Of a stretch of DNA of 64,000 bases, positions 1 to 11,279 are shown piece by piece. A program made the translations under genes and the position numbers. The notes under the pieces were generated by a model. The model had not been told where the DNA came from. It did no database searches and worked only from the letters and a program-made list of their open reading frames with translations. Each line of letters begins with the position of its first letter. Within the stretch, counting starts at the first letter, position 1. This DNA is from Epithemia pelagica (Eukaryota > Protista > Bacillariophyta). The stretch is taken from contig OX337236.1 in the NCBI GenBank assembly GCA_946965045.2, forward strand, positions 2,542,001 to 2,606,000. The letters run 5' to 3'.

Positions 1-778
1 ATCCCTTACCGTGTGTGACATGGGTTTTACTGCCGTTGGCCTCTGGCCATCAAGCTTTCCCATGGCCCGCTCGAACTTCCTAGGTCCGACCAGGGAGAGG
101 TAGAGTGCGGTACCCGGACTCTGTCCCGCCACGACTCCACGTAAACATGACTCGATAGGTCCCTAGTTGAATCTTTGACACCGACGTTCTCAGAATTCAG
201 TCCGTCCTTGTCCCGTGTGCAGATGGCTTCTCTGGCCATCGCTCACTTTCCTAGCCTAATTCCTAAAGATCATAATTTTTACGTCCTACCATTATGCATG
301 GGTATGGCAAGGGAAGTGTACATTACAGAAGATGTTTTTGGGCGTATAGGTATGATCTGGCTATCTAAATCGTTCTAATCACTACTCCTAATAATCTACC
401 TCTAGCTAGAACTAGAGTAGTAGTAGAGATGAACTCTACCTGTGGTAGCAATGATTTTTTTCATTCCCGGGTAGTAGTATTGAATATGCGTTCTCGCTAA
501 GGCGTAAATCTCTGATTTCTCTACGACTCCGCGTCTATTTCCAGGTATGAATTTTAGCTAATGGCGTAGTGAGTCATATCCTTTCAGTCACGGAATTCAT
601 ATCGCGCTGAGAGTTAATCAAGAAGTTTTGGCCGGGAATCCAACTCCTTGCGGGGGTGAGGCTAAACACAATTACACAGTCGTAGCTTCCCCCGATAGGG
701 CGTGTCAGGGAGACGTGCCAAAACGGCGCCCTGAGTCACTTTTCTTAGAAACCGGAAGTGCGAACACAAAGAAAAAAA

Positions 779-2593
779 ATGAAGGCAAAGATATCTTACA
801 TTACAATCTCATTTGTCTTTACCCGCCAGGCAACATCGTTCTTGAGGACGTTCCCATTGAGACAACAAGGTGCACATTCACGTGGCTTTTCGATCGCAAC
901 AGCCGCCGAATCATCACCATATAAGAATTTCCAACGTTCTCGTTCAGGTTTTGTCAATCGCAACAAGCTTACCCGAAAAATGAGTGCCACCGCCGAGGAA
1001 ACGAAGCAGGCCACTGAAACCAAGCCATCCCTCGAAGATGTGTCCGACGCCTACAAGTCTCTGGTTTCCAAGCTCACGACCCTTGGTCTGTTGCAACGTG
1101 TGAGTGGTTTGTTGAATTACGATCAAATGGTATTCATGCCGGCCAAGGCTGCCCCCGAACGTGGAGCGCAAATGTCGGCCATGGCCGGTTTGGTGCACGA
1201 AAAGTCTACCGATCCAGAACTACTGACATTGATGGAAAAGGCCCAAAGTGACCTTTCTGCGACAGGGAATGACAAGGACTTTAAGGACGAAGCTCGACTC
1301 TTGGAATTGGAACACAAGGACTTTATCCAGAATGCGCGAGTGTCCAAAGAATTGGCCTCGGAAAAGGCGGCACTCAAGGCATCCGCCCATGCCGCCTGGG
1401 CCAAGGCACGCGAACAAAAAGATTTCAGTGTGTTTGAGCCATTGCTCAAAAAATGCTTCGATCTAGTCAAGCAAGAAGCCGAGGCCAAGCTGGGAGATAA
1501 CCCTGACAACATTTCTCACTACACACACATGTTGGATCAATACGAAATGGGCATGGCCCCTGAAAGATTGGACGACATCTTTGATCAAATCCAACAGGCG
1601 TTGGTTCCCTTGATTGCCAAAGTGTGGGGTGAGACTGCCACCCCACCTTCGACGGATCCCATCAAATCCAAGCAGCCCTTTGATGAAGAAAAGCAAAAGG
1701 AACTGAGTCGCAAGATCGTGACACAGTTGGGCTACAATGTGGATTGTGGTCGCATTGATAAGGCTGTACATCCATTCACCATGTCTGTCTCACCCAGTGA
1801 TGTGCGCATTACGAGTCGATACTTGCCCGACAACTGGTACAATGGATTGGCGGCGAGTATTCACGAATCGGGTCATGCCATGTACGAACAGAATCTTCCC
1901 TCTCAAGCCAACGGAGGTGCCAAGAATGGCCCGCTCCAAGTCGATGCGGCCCTGTCACTGGGAATGCATGAATCGCAATCTCTCTTTTGGGAACGTCACA
2001 TTAGTTTGTCTAAGCCATTCTGGGTCTGGGCAACCCCCCTCGTGAAGGAGGTCTTTCCTGATTTTGACTACACGCCGGAAGAAGTTTACAAGGCTGTCAA
2101 TGCGGTTCGGAAGAGCTTGATCCGAGTTGAAGCCGATGAATTGGCCTATCCCTTACATGTTATTTTGCGATACCGTATGGAACGTGAGGTGGTTTCAGGA
2201 AAATTGGAGGTCGCCGATATCCCTGCTCGTTGGAATGCGCAAATGAAGGAACTTCTCGGTATTGACGAAATTCCATCGGATGCCGTTGGCTGCCTTCAAG
2301 ATATTCATTGGAGTATGATGGCGATTGGATACTTCCCCACCTATTTAGTGGGATCTTCTACGGCCGCCCAACTTGCGTACTATTGTAAGAATGACATTGC
2401 CAATTTTGATGAACTCGTCGCCAAAGGAGAGTTTAGTGAAATCAAGGCCTGGTTGACGAAGAAAGTACACCGTCATGGCAAACGATACAGGTCCTTGGAT
2501 GACTTGCTCGAGTCCGAATTGGGGGAACCACTGAACCCGAAATACTTCATTGACTACCTCACGGAAAAATATACGGACATTTACCAGTGCTAG
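779..2593 (+). CDS. Metallocarboxypeptidase, peptidase family M32 (carboxypeptidase Taq-like), with probable N-terminal presequence
   Basis: HEXXH motif (IHESGH) plus M32 motifs GRID..VHPF, GMHESQSLFWE, IRVEADE, GCLQDIHW and GYFPTY. First in-frame ATG at 779 (the ORF track starts at a GTG, 758); alternative ATG at 980. Confidence 0.93.
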   Translation: MKAKISYITISFVFTRQATSFLRTFPLRQQGAHSRGFSIATAAESSPYKNFQRSRSGFVNRNKLTRKMSATAEETKQATETKPSLEDVSDAYKSLVSKLTTLGLLQRVSGLLNYDQMVFMPAKAAPERGAQMSAMAGLVHEKSTDPELLTLMEKAQSDLSATGNDKDFKDEARLLELEHKDFIQNARVSKELASEKAALKASAHAAWAKAREQKDFSVFEPLLKKCFDLVKQEAEAKLGDNPDNISHYTHMLDQYEMGMAPERLDDIFDQIQQALVPLIAKVWGETATPPSTDPIKSKQPFDEEKQKELSRKIVTQLGYNVDCGRIDKAVHPFTMSVSPSDVRITSRYLPDNWYNGLAASIHESGHAMYEQNLPSQANGGAKNGPLQVDAALSLGMHESQSLFWERHISLSKPFWVWATPLVKEVFPDFDYTPEEVYKAVNAVRKSLIRVEADELAYPLHVILRYRMEREVVSGKLEVADIPARWNAQMKELLGIDEIPSDAVGCLQDIHWSMMAIGYFPTYLVGSSTAAQLAYYCKNDIANFDELVAKGEFSEIKAWLTKKVHRHGKRYRSLDDLLESELGEPLNPKYFIDYLTEKYTDIYQC

Positions 2594-3033
2594 AGTTTGA
2601 GATGCACCTTGTCCAGAACCAAATCAACCGCGATATGTGGCAACTTCTTCCGGTGGTAGACTTCTCTTTAACAGGGTTCTATCCCTTTCTTATTAAAGTA
2701 CCTTGGTACCTATTCTCTACACCATATAAACCGTAAGAGTCAAACGAAACTTTACTTGTACAGACTTGCTGGCTCTTCCGCCTCCTTGCCATTCCGTGAA
2801 TAAGCATCTTCCAAAATGCCGAGGTTGCTATGCCTAAAACTTCTTCAATAGCTTGTTGTTGCTTGTGTTGTGTCAAGTGTTAATGACGTTTTTCTCCGTC
2901 TTCTTTTCTCACGGGTGCTCCTTTCCAAAATAGCTCTTTCTCGCCCTTACTTACTCCTACACTCACAGTTTCTATCCTCAGACGACGAAGATATGAAAAT
3001 TCTTGTGAATCCATTTACTCCTTCAATGCTTTC

Positions 3034-4479
3034 TTATGCAAAAGAAACTAGCTTGCAGTCGTCATTGGACATGGATATCAATTTTCTCGATGATGACCTC
3101 TTGCGGAGCTTGCCAGGCGATGACGATCGCTTGCTTGGTGACTTGGACCGCCGAGAGGACATGCGTCCATCTGTGGCAATACTGGTACGACGTTGGCGAG
3201 GCGGTCGCCCCGTCCCATCATCACTTCTTTTCTTCCTTCCAGTACCTTCGCTTGTGTGAGACGCTTGAGACACTTGCAATTCGTCCTTCTTTTTCTTTTT
3301 CTTCTTGCCATCCGCAGATTCCGACGTCTCGTCACCAAAGGAAAACGCCTTGAAAGGTTCGTCAAATCCCAGATCCGCTTTCTTCTTTCTGCGGTGTTTG
3401 CTACCCTGAGGACTTGACGGGCACTCGTCGCCCGTGCTCTTGCTTACCAAGTTGTCCATGGTTGATGAATCAAGACTCTTTGATTTTTTCTTGCTGCTGC
3501 TACTACTCTTCTTTTTCTTCTTTTCTTCTCCATCTTGCGAACTTAGTGTGCTGTCTTCCCTCATCATAGGGCTACTTTTTGTTCTCGACAAACCGCCTTT
3601 TCTCACACAACTTTTCCTTGTCAGGCCACGCTCCCGTTTGCTCTCTTCCCTTGTCAGACCACGCTCCCGTTTGCTCTCTTCTCTTGTCAAACCACTTCGT
3701 TGTTTTCTCATACTGCCGTCCTCTTTCACAGGGTCCTCTTTCACAGGGTCCTCTTTTGCAGGGTCCTCTTTTGCAGGGTCTTTCATGAAGGTACTAAAGT
3801 CTGCTGAAAACGGGGGAGGATTTTGTTCTTTTGTATCGGATTTTGTTTTCTTCTTATCCATCGAAAATGATGCCGGTGTTTCCGTGATACCTAGGTTTGA
3901 ACTATCAAAATTGGTCGCAAAGTTGGTATCAAAGTTGGCTTCAAACGAAGAATTTGCCACTTTCAAGGCGGAAACGTCTTCAAGGGGAGCTGCAGCTGAG
4001 AAATCTGGAGCTTCCAAGGGTCGGAAGAGGGGCTCCTGTTGCTTTGGTCGTGATTCGAAGCTTCCTCCGCCACCAATGTTTTTCATCTTCTGTTCATGTT
4101 TGGCCCTAATGCGTGCCATGACATCTCCGGCCTTTGATTCTTCGTAGGATAATCGCTCCTGTTGAGACATGTTCGCCACTCTCTTTTTCTCTTTATCCTT
4201 CCGATCTTGTTCGGCCATGAATGACATATCATCGTCCATTCCCAACTGGTCTCTCAACTCCAGTAGCTTCTTCATCTTTTCGGCCACAGTGTTGTCATCG
4301 TCTTCCTCAAATGCATCAAAATCACCAAGTTGTTTCTGTCGTTTCTTTTCCATCTTTTCCTCTTGCTTATTCATAAAGCCTGCAAGAGCACCGGGGGCTT
4401 CGTCACGTTCGTTGCGGACTTCCTCGTCTTCCGAAGAAGAGGCGTCCGAGGAGTCATCGCTGTCATCGTCGTGCGGCAT
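3034..4479 (-). CDS. Hypothetical low-complexity charged protein (acidic N-terminus, Lys/Ser/Arg-rich C-terminus)
   Basis: Long open frame, first ATG at 4479; internal KEDP and GLTREESKRER repeats; no recognised domain. Confidence 0.7.
   Translation of the reverse strand: MPHDDDSDDSSDASSSEDEEVRNERDEAPGALAGFMNKQEEKMEKKRQKQLGDFDAFEEDDDNTVAEKMKKLLELRDQLGMDDDMSFMAEQDRKDKEKKRVANMSQQERLSYEESKAGDVMARIRAKHEQKMKNIGGGGSFESRPKQQEPLFRPLEAPDFSAAAPLEDVSALKVANSSFEANFDTNFATNFDSSNLGITETPASFSMDKKKTKSDTKEQNPPPFSADFSTFMKDPAKEDPAKEDPVKEDPVKEDGSMRKQRSGLTREESKRERGLTREESKRERGLTRKSCVRKGGLSRTKSSPMMREDSTLSSQDGEEKKKKKSSSSSKKKSKSLDSSTMDNLVSKSTGDECPSSPQGSKHRRKKKADLGFDEPFKAFSFGDETSESADGKKKKKKKDELQVSQASHTSEGTGRKKRSDDGTGRPPRQRRTSIATDGRMSSRRSKSPSKRSSSPGKLRKRSSSRKLISMSNDDCKLVSFA
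3617..3780. repeat. Coding tandem repeats: 33-bp unit x~2 and 15-bp unit x4
   Basis: CTTGTCAG(G/A)CCACGCTCCCGTTTGCTCTCTT twice (3617-3693); CCTCTTT(CA/TG)CAGGGT four times (3720-3780). Confidence 0.9.
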
Positions 4480-5471
4480 TGTACAAGAGAGAGAGTGAAA
4501 GTCGTTTGTTCCCAACCCGGTCTAGTGTTGGAAATCCAATCCTTTTATGGAGGATGTCGAGTTCGTTTGTCGTCGAAATGTGCTGAAAAAGTGACTGCAC
4601 GGCACGGCAACGGTACGAATAATCCCCCTACCACAATTAAGAGGCAGCACAACAACTAAGCCTCTATGTCCGCCCGCATCACAGTTGATGATTGATGACT
4701 CCATTGGGATCTACTCCTCAGTACTCCAAAACATATTATATTCTTGATTGTTTAGGAAAGTCATATCAAGCACTATGAGGAGTACCTTGTATGGGAAGCA
4801 TCTTTCCCATGAAGCTACTACTAATACTCCCAACTCCCAAAACCGAGATGTCATGCCATATTTCGGTATTAAATGTTTGTCGATCTAGTAAAAATGCTAA
4901 ACACGAGAGAGTAATAATATTACCCAGACGATTGATACCCAACCAAAAGCCGAATAAAGTACCCCCCATGTTTCAATTTGTGGACAGGACGCGATATTTC
5001 AAACGTGGCTAGCAAGGAGAGGAGTACTCATAGGTACTCCTAGTTAAAACCATCGGTGATGTACCTAGGAGTAGGTAGTAAGGCGTAGGAAACCAATGAG
5101 AAGCTGACCTTGACAAAGCATAGATGAAAAAGCAAACTCTTTTTTTCTATCGATTCTGGTATAGCGCCGTCTATTGCTATGTTAACCAAGGAGTTACAAG
5201 TTACAATCATGTGTCGACAGGGTGAGTGACTTGAACGAGCCTTTTGCCAGGACATTGAGAAATCGTTTCTTGAAAAAATGTCCCTTCAACCAATGTTTTT
5301 CAAGTGAATAATCGAATCATTGCATGATCCAAAATCCAAACCTCTATCAGGCATTCATCGTTACATGATCAATCGACTCATAGGAGGAACTCATTGGGAA
5401 TGAAGGAAATGGTTTCATCAACTGATGTCATCGGAACCGAACATGATTCCCTGTTAGCAGCGGTTGACAAC

Positions 5472-6509
5472 CTAGTTCTGTCCTGGTGGGTCCTTCTGCA
5501 ATTCTCGATCTACCACGTGACAAGAGGTGACGTAATCCAACAAGGGGAATTTTTCTTTCAATTCGGCATGACTCGAGTTGTGATTGTGCAACCATTGTTG
5601 CGACGGTCCCTGTTCACCGTATCCATAGTAAATCTTATCCAAGGTGGCAAAGGAATGAGTTCCTACCAATTCTCCCCATGGCACTTCCCACGGTGATCCA
5701 CCACCCAAGCCACGATCATGGTCGAGGGCCACAAACAATTGATTGGATCGTGTATTGGGTCCACCTCCCGCATATGACATGTAGCCCTTTTGAAATCTCT
5801 GGACACCAAGGTCATTGACTCGATTCGTCGGACCAGTGGGCAACCATTGCGGGTCGTCTTTGAGCAAGGTACGAAACTCGTTGGAAAGGTGGCCATTCAA
5901 ACCAAATTGACACAAGAAATTTTTAATACAACGCATCAAGGGCACGCCCTGAGGTGTTTTGGAAAAGTAATGGGACCGTACCATATCCAAGAATCGTTTC
6001 GATCCAAGGGGGGCCCAAGTTTCGTGCACTAGAATGTTCCACGGTCCTTTAGTGGTTTGGCAACAAACCAAATCAACCCAGCCACCAAGAGGTGGATCCA
6101 CAATATGTCGATGAGGTCCAGCTTTGGGATAGCGTTCTTCACTTGTCAGGTCATTCATGGATTGATAAGGACAAACTGAAGAAGATTCCATGACACCATA
6201 ACTTGAAACTGAAGTGGATTTCTTTTTTATATTTCCATTGTCATTTGGTGGTTTCTTCGAATCAATAGTTTTTCGTAGCGATTTCTCTTGACTGCTTGCA
6301 GCCTTGGTGTGTGTTTTTACACCGGTACCTTCTTGCTCGATAGCAGAAGTCAACCACAGTGCAACGGCGATCCACACCACCAAACCACTGGCAACAGTGA
6401 CAATGACACCCGTAAACAGAATTCTAGGTGACCAACCCGACGATCCGGCCATGCGTTTCGACCTTCGCTTGGCCGCATTCGTTGTTGTGTCCGTAGTGAT
6501 TGCCACCAT
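5472..6509 (-). CDS. Cyclophilin-type peptidyl-prolyl isomerase-like protein with N-terminal transmembrane anchor
   Basis: TTKGPWNILVHETWAPLGSKRFLDMV, LCQFG, LKDDP, GYMSYAGGGPNTRSNQLF and YGYGE match the cyclophilin fold; hydrophobic segment ILFTGVIVTVASGLVVWIAVALWL. Start ATG uncertain. Confidence 0.8.
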   Translation of the reverse strand: MVAITTDTTTNAAKRRSKRMAGSSGWSPRILFTGVIVTVASGLVVWIAVALWLTSAIEQEGTGVKTHTKAASSQEKSLRKTIDSKKPPNDNGNIKKKSTSVSSYGVMESSSVCPYQSMNDLTSEERYPKAGPHRHIVDPPLGGWVDLVCCQTTKGPWNILVHETWAPLGSKRFLDMVRSHYFSKTPQGVPLMRCIKNFLCQFGLNGHLSNEFRTLLKDDPQWLPTGPTNRVNDLGVQRFQKGYMSYAGGGPNTRSNQLFVALDHDRGLGGGSPWEVPWGELVGTHSFATLDKIYYGYGEQGPSQQWLHNHNSSHAELKEKFPLLDYVTSCHVVDRELQKDPPGQN

Positions 6510-6756
6510 GAGAGAAAAGAACCACACAAGTAGGAGTAATGGGGAGCACAAGAAAAGAAGAATCTTTGAAGCGGCGCAGCACTACCTACAGCCCATTGCC
6601 AATCTCCTAAAAAATGACAAATCCGGGATCCGGGACCGGAGTCACGAATCCTTTAAGTCACGCTTGAAGATGATGGTAGGTCGATCTTGTGCCGCAGTCG
6701 GATTCACGAGACGTCACCCCACGCTCAATAAAATCCACCGTACACAAGAATCCACC

Positions 6757-7488
6757 ATGATGAAGACGGTTGCCGCTCTTGTTTGTCTCTTTGCCTCGGC
6801 TTCGGCCTTTGCTCCTTCGCAACAAGGTGTTGCTACCAACACTGCCGTGAAAGCCACTGCCGAACTTGAGGGCATGGTTGGTGTTGGACCCGAAACTGGA
6901 AACAAGATTGTGAGTGTTCCAAGATGAGAGGCATTGTTTCAGCAGAAAGGCAGTGTCTTGTAGAACATGAGTCTAATATACCGTCGTCTCTTTCTGATAT
7001 CTCTTGATTGATCTGTTGTGGCTTTTTTGTTGAAACTATTCCAGTTCGACCCTGCTGGTTTGTCTCAGTGGGCCCCTGCCGACTTCTTGCGAAAGGCTGA
7101 ACTTGCGAACGGGCGCTCGGCTATGTTGGCCGTTGTGGGATGGGAAGTGCCCAAGCTTTTCATGTTTGACAGCACCGATGTAACCGATCCTGATCCGATC
7201 AAAGCTATTTTGGACTCGGATCCTCAATGGTGGGCCCAATTCATTATTCTTTGCGGAACCATCGAAGCCGTGAAGTACCGTGGTGAATTGAACGGAAAAT
7301 CCTACACCGGCGATGGACCAGCCGTCATTGACTGGACCAACACATGGGCTACCTTGAGCGATGCCGAAAAAGAAACAATGCGAATGAAGGAATTGAAGAA
7401 TGCCCGTTTGGCAATGTTGGGCATTGCTTCCTTTGTCTCCGAATACTTCATCCCTGGATCTGTCCCTGGTCTTCCGGCTGGACACTAA
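6757..7488 (+). CDS. Light-harvesting fucoxanthin-chlorophyll a/c protein (LHC family), 2 exons (6757-6909, 7045-7488)
   Basis: Signal peptide with ASAFAP motif; GTGAGT...CCAG intron 6910-7044 joins in frame (GNKI|FDPAG); LHC helices AELANGRSAMLA and KELKNARLAMLG. Confidence 0.95.
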
Positions 7489-7969
7489 ATTTTGGTTGCG
7501 CTGCAACCGTGCTCTGCATGGGTCAAGGAGGATGAACCCACAACACTCTCTTGGTCCTTCATAACCTCTTCTGGCTTGCACAAGTCCTTGCGTACTTGGA
7601 ACTTACGCAGCTCGTCTTCTAGCTAGCTAACATGCTTAATTTTGGGTTTGTTGGCGCGGTGTGTTGTTGTTATTTTGCTGTTCCTTTGATAATGGAATAG
7701 GATTCATCAACAGAACGAATCGAAATAGCGGAGACGATCATGGTATATAGCATTTGTCCAGGCGACCAGTCCACGACTGATCCGCGGTGTGTTGCATCGT
7801 TCGTACTACAAACGGCACTCAATGGTCAACAATGCCCATCACGAGAGTAAATGGAACATCCACTTTGTCGTTTTGCGCTGTAAGGTACGGATTGACTCAT
7901 TCTCATCGGACACTTTGTCAAGCCCCTGTAAGAGCGATTTGCTCACTTGTATTGCGCCGGTGAGCAACC

Positions 7970-8845
7970 ATGATAAAAATCGCAATGAAGAACCGTTCTT
8001 CCTTGTTTGGATGGAAGCAAGTTTTGGTTTCCTGGATGCAGCTCTTGGTGCTGATGTTTCATGGTGGACATGCGTTCCGTTCAATGCACAGATCACCGAG
8101 AAGGCAAGGACCTTCTCCTCCATTGCACACGCAACTGAATCAACAACAACCAAAGTTCTATGCAGTGCCAGAAATGTTCCAGAAAACACGAAAATGCCTC
8201 TCAACAATCCCCTTATGGTCCGCAACAACCGATGCATCTTCCCAACCATCATTGTCCCCCTCAGCTACAATATTGGGGCAACCGATATGCGACTATCAAC
8301 AAGTCACGATACCAACCTCGGACAAGGGCCCTCCACGGCAAGCCATTTCGGTCCAAGATTTGACGCCCATCATTCAAGAACGCTTGGAGGAATGCGGTAT
8401 GCAACAGGGAGTAGTCAACGTGATTAGCCGTCATACCACGACTGCCATTACGATTAATGAACGAGAAAGTCGATTGGCCCGCGATATGGAAGAGACTTGC
8501 TTGGCCCTTTTTCCTCCCGACGAACGATCGGAATCGGTGCAAGCACAGGAAGGGACACGATATCAACACAATGATATTGATCAACGACCGGAATCGGAAG
8601 AAGAAGCCCAACGGTGTCGTGAGAATGGATGGGATATTGACAAACCAGAAGTATTGCAGGCATGGAGAAACCAAGAGCCAATTAATGCACATTCTCATTT
8701 GATTAGTATGTTGCTGGGATCTTCCGAAAGTATACCAGTTGTGGATGGAGCGATGGTGATTGGACAATGGCAGTCTGTTCTACTCGTAGATTTGGATGGG
8801 CCTCGCGATCGAACTGTGGGAATCCAATTCATGGGATATAGGTGA
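7970..8845 (+). CDS. yjbQ: YjbQ/UPF0047 family protein, probable plastid presequence
   Basis: HTTTAITINE, NAHSHL and GQWQSVLLVDLDGPRDR motifs; alternative ATG at 8036 gives signal-like MQLLVLMFHGGHAF. Confidence 0.88.
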   Translation: MIKIAMKNRSSLFGWKQVLVSWMQLLVLMFHGGHAFRSMHRSPRRQGPSPPLHTQLNQQQPKFYAVPEMFQKTRKCLSTIPLWSATTDASSQPSLSPSATILGQPICDYQQVTIPTSDKGPPRQAISVQDLTPIIQERLEECGMQQGVVNVISRHTTTAITINERESRLARDMEETCLALFPPDERSESVQAQEGTRYQHNDIDQRPESEEEAQRCRENGWDIDKPEVLQAWRNQEPINAHSHLISMLLGSSESIPVVDGAMVIGQWQSVLLVDLDGPRDRTVGIQFMGYR

Positions 8846-9126
8846 GAGACGACACATTGACTGAACGACGAGCTTTTTTAGGACGAGGCACCCAGGAAGA
8901 AGGAGGTTCGAACTGAACTCTTTGTAGACTAGGCTCGATCGAACATCAGTCGTCGTTTTATGGCTAGATTGTACAAAGTTCATATTCTCTTGCCTCGTTC
9001 AGGTGACAGTTGATCCCCATCTCGTGGTGGTTGAGAGTTTATATGCCTTTTCTGGAATCGAAGCGGGGACAAAGAAGTGTATTGTTACTATTGTCCTTTT
9101 TGTCGTTGTCATCAGTATTGATCTTA

Positions 9127-10854
9127 TCATTGTGGTCGTTGACCCGTGACGAGGACCCATCCATTTCGTCGTTCCGCCACTTGGACTTGTTCCAAACCAG
9201 CTTGGATATACGCATCCAGAACCGAGTTGATGGTCGACTCTTGGTCCAAGATGCCACTCATACCCAATACTCCTCCTGGTTCCAATTGCGCCACCAAAGT
9301 GGGTGCCAAGACCACCAACGGTCCCGCTAAGATATTGGCTACCACAATATGATACCGCTGATTGTGTAGGGACAGTGGTAAAAACAAGGACGATGACGTA
9401 TCATCAACATTGTCGTCTTGTTGTTGTTGTTGTTGCTGCTGCTGTTTCTGTTGTTCTCGATGGACAGCTTTGAGCAAGAGTGCCTTGGAATCCTGGTCCG
9501 TCTTTCCACTCGTCATTGGTGAGGAAGAGGAGGACGAAACGTCATCGGAAGACAGTAAAGGAGGCAAATAACTATGCATCGGCACTGGTCCATTGTGGAG
9601 CGCGTTTTCATTGGCAATGCGACATGCATCCACATCAATATCGATGCCAACTACACGGACCGGAAAGGCCTCCTCCCACAACCGGCACGCTGCCATGCCC
9701 AAAATACCCGAACCGGTACCATAATCCAAGACCCACAACGTGTGAGTGCTGTTTTCACCTTGGAAAAATTGTTGTGGTGCCACTTGAGCCAACCATTCCA
9801 AACACAATTGCGTCGTGGCATGCTCTCCTGTTCCAAAGGCAATACCACCCTGTAGCTGCAATTCTATCGTATTCGCATCATGATGAGCATCATTTGGATT
9901 GTGGTTGCTTTGATTCGCAATGGCGTGTTGCACGTGCTCGTCGGAATGCCACGGAAATCTCAAGACAAAGGTTGTCGTTGAAGTAGCCGTGGTGCTAGCA
10001 CTGTCAAAATTGATACGAGTGGACGTAGGACAGGATAAAACAATGGGATTCCACGAGCTTTGGACATGAACGACCCAATCTCGGTCGGGTACGGCTTCCA
10101 CTTCCACGGGTAAGGAGGAGGAAGCATCGACACCCCAAAAGGTTTGTTGCACCAACGTCCAAACCTCATCCAAATCGATCGAGGGTGGAAAGTGAGCCGT
10201 GACATTGCAGCGATTCCATAAGGGTGCAGCCCAATGCACCGAGTCATGCCAGAAATTGATATTGTCGGAGGAGATGCCTTCCCGAAACAAGGGAGATTCG
10301 TCCGGTGTTCCCGCATCGGCATCGGTGATACTAGTACTGCAGGCACCCAATTCCATCAAGAAATCACACAAGAGATTGGGATCCAAGGACAACAATGATT
10401 GTTGCTTGTCATCGTTGTTGTCGTCGTCGTCGTCGTCCCTGGTCTTGGGCAAATTGGCAAAGGTCACGGACCGCAGTTGAAACAAAGAAGAGGACGATGA
10501 CTCGTCTGAGTCGTCCAACGATGGCACATTGACAATATCTTCCGAACTATCTACGCTGTTGCGTAAGATCAACGAAGAGAGTGGACATGAAAGATATGTC
10601 GGGTACAGCCTTGAAGATGAGGATAATAGTGCCTGCCTTCCTTTTCCTAGGGACCTAAGCATCAGAGGTCGTAGCCCTACGAAGGTCGACGAGGGCTTCA
10701 TCCTCATCAAAGAGAAGGCCATGACTCCGGTATTGGAAGGACTGGGAGAGATTATTCTCCATCCTGAATGGCTTGTAAGAAGCATGATCGAGAGCACAAG
10801 AACAAGAAACTGTCCCCGAAAGACCGCACTGGTCCAATCTGTTCGAGTCATCAT
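9127..10854 (-). CDS. prmA: Ribosomal protein L11 methyltransferase (PrmA-like), organelle-targeted
   Basis: DWV..VQSSW, AFGTGEHATTQLCL, SAM-binding motif VLDYGTGSGIL, GIDID, VVANILAGPL and GMSGIL; N-terminal signal-like segment; polyQ and polyS insertions. Confidence 0.92.
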   Translation of the reverse strand: MMTRTDWTSAVFRGQFLVLVLSIMLLTSHSGWRIISPSPSNTGVMAFSLMRMKPSSTFVGLRPLMLRSLGKGRQALLSSSSRLYPTYLSCPLSSLILRNSVDSSEDIVNVPSLDDSDESSSSSLFQLRSVTFANLPKTRDDDDDDNNDDKQQSLLSLDPNLLCDFLMELGACSTSITDADAGTPDESPLFREGISSDNINFWHDSVHWAAPLWNRCNVTAHFPPSIDLDEVWTLVQQTFWGVDASSSLPVEVEAVPDRDWVVHVQSSWNPIVLSCPTSTRINFDSASTTATSTTTFVLRFPWHSDEHVQHAIANQSNHNPNDAHHDANTIELQLQGGIAFGTGEHATTQLCLEWLAQVAPQQFFQGENSTHTLWVLDYGTGSGILGMAACRLWEEAFPVRVVGIDIDVDACRIANENALHNGPVPMHSYLPPLLSSDDVSSSSSSPMTSGKTDQDSKALLLKAVHREQQKQQQQQQQQQDDNVDDTSSSLFLPLSLHNQRYHIVVANILAGPLVVLAPTLVAQLEPGGVLGMSGILDQESTINSVLDAYIQAGLEQVQVAERRNGWVLVTGQRPQ

Positions 10855-11279
10855 GGCTTTTCACTTCCCTTTATGGTGGGCCTCCTTGTTGTGTTTTCAA
10901 AGGATCGTTTCAATGAGTCGATATGCTCTCAAAGCAATTGGATGAGCCGCACTTCTCAGAAACAGGTCCAAAGATACGCCGAAATGTCCATCCATCATCG
11001 TGGGCAAAAAGATCCATTCCCCCTCTTTGGGGGAAATCTATCAATCTTTCCCTTCCTGTCACCCCCACTTCTTTCTGCGATATAACAGCGACTTAAAAGC
11101 GACTTGTATTTTCATCATGGGTTGGCGGCAAGTGCAAGTGAGGTGTTTTGGTGATCTTCAAGATCGACCCCATCGACCGATCTTCTTCTTAGGGAGCCTT
11201 GATGCTTATGGATCGACGGACGACCACGATCTAGTAGTTAAAGTCTTTCTCATCTCTTCCTCGCCATCATACAACAATT

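Noticed and set aside
1-740. Short ORFs and AT-rich segment at the window start
   Set aside because: No recognisable motif or repeat partner within the window.
4710-5075. Recurrent GAGTAC/GTACTCC words as MITE ends
   Set aside because: Matches are short and inconsistent; no defined TIR pair or TSD.
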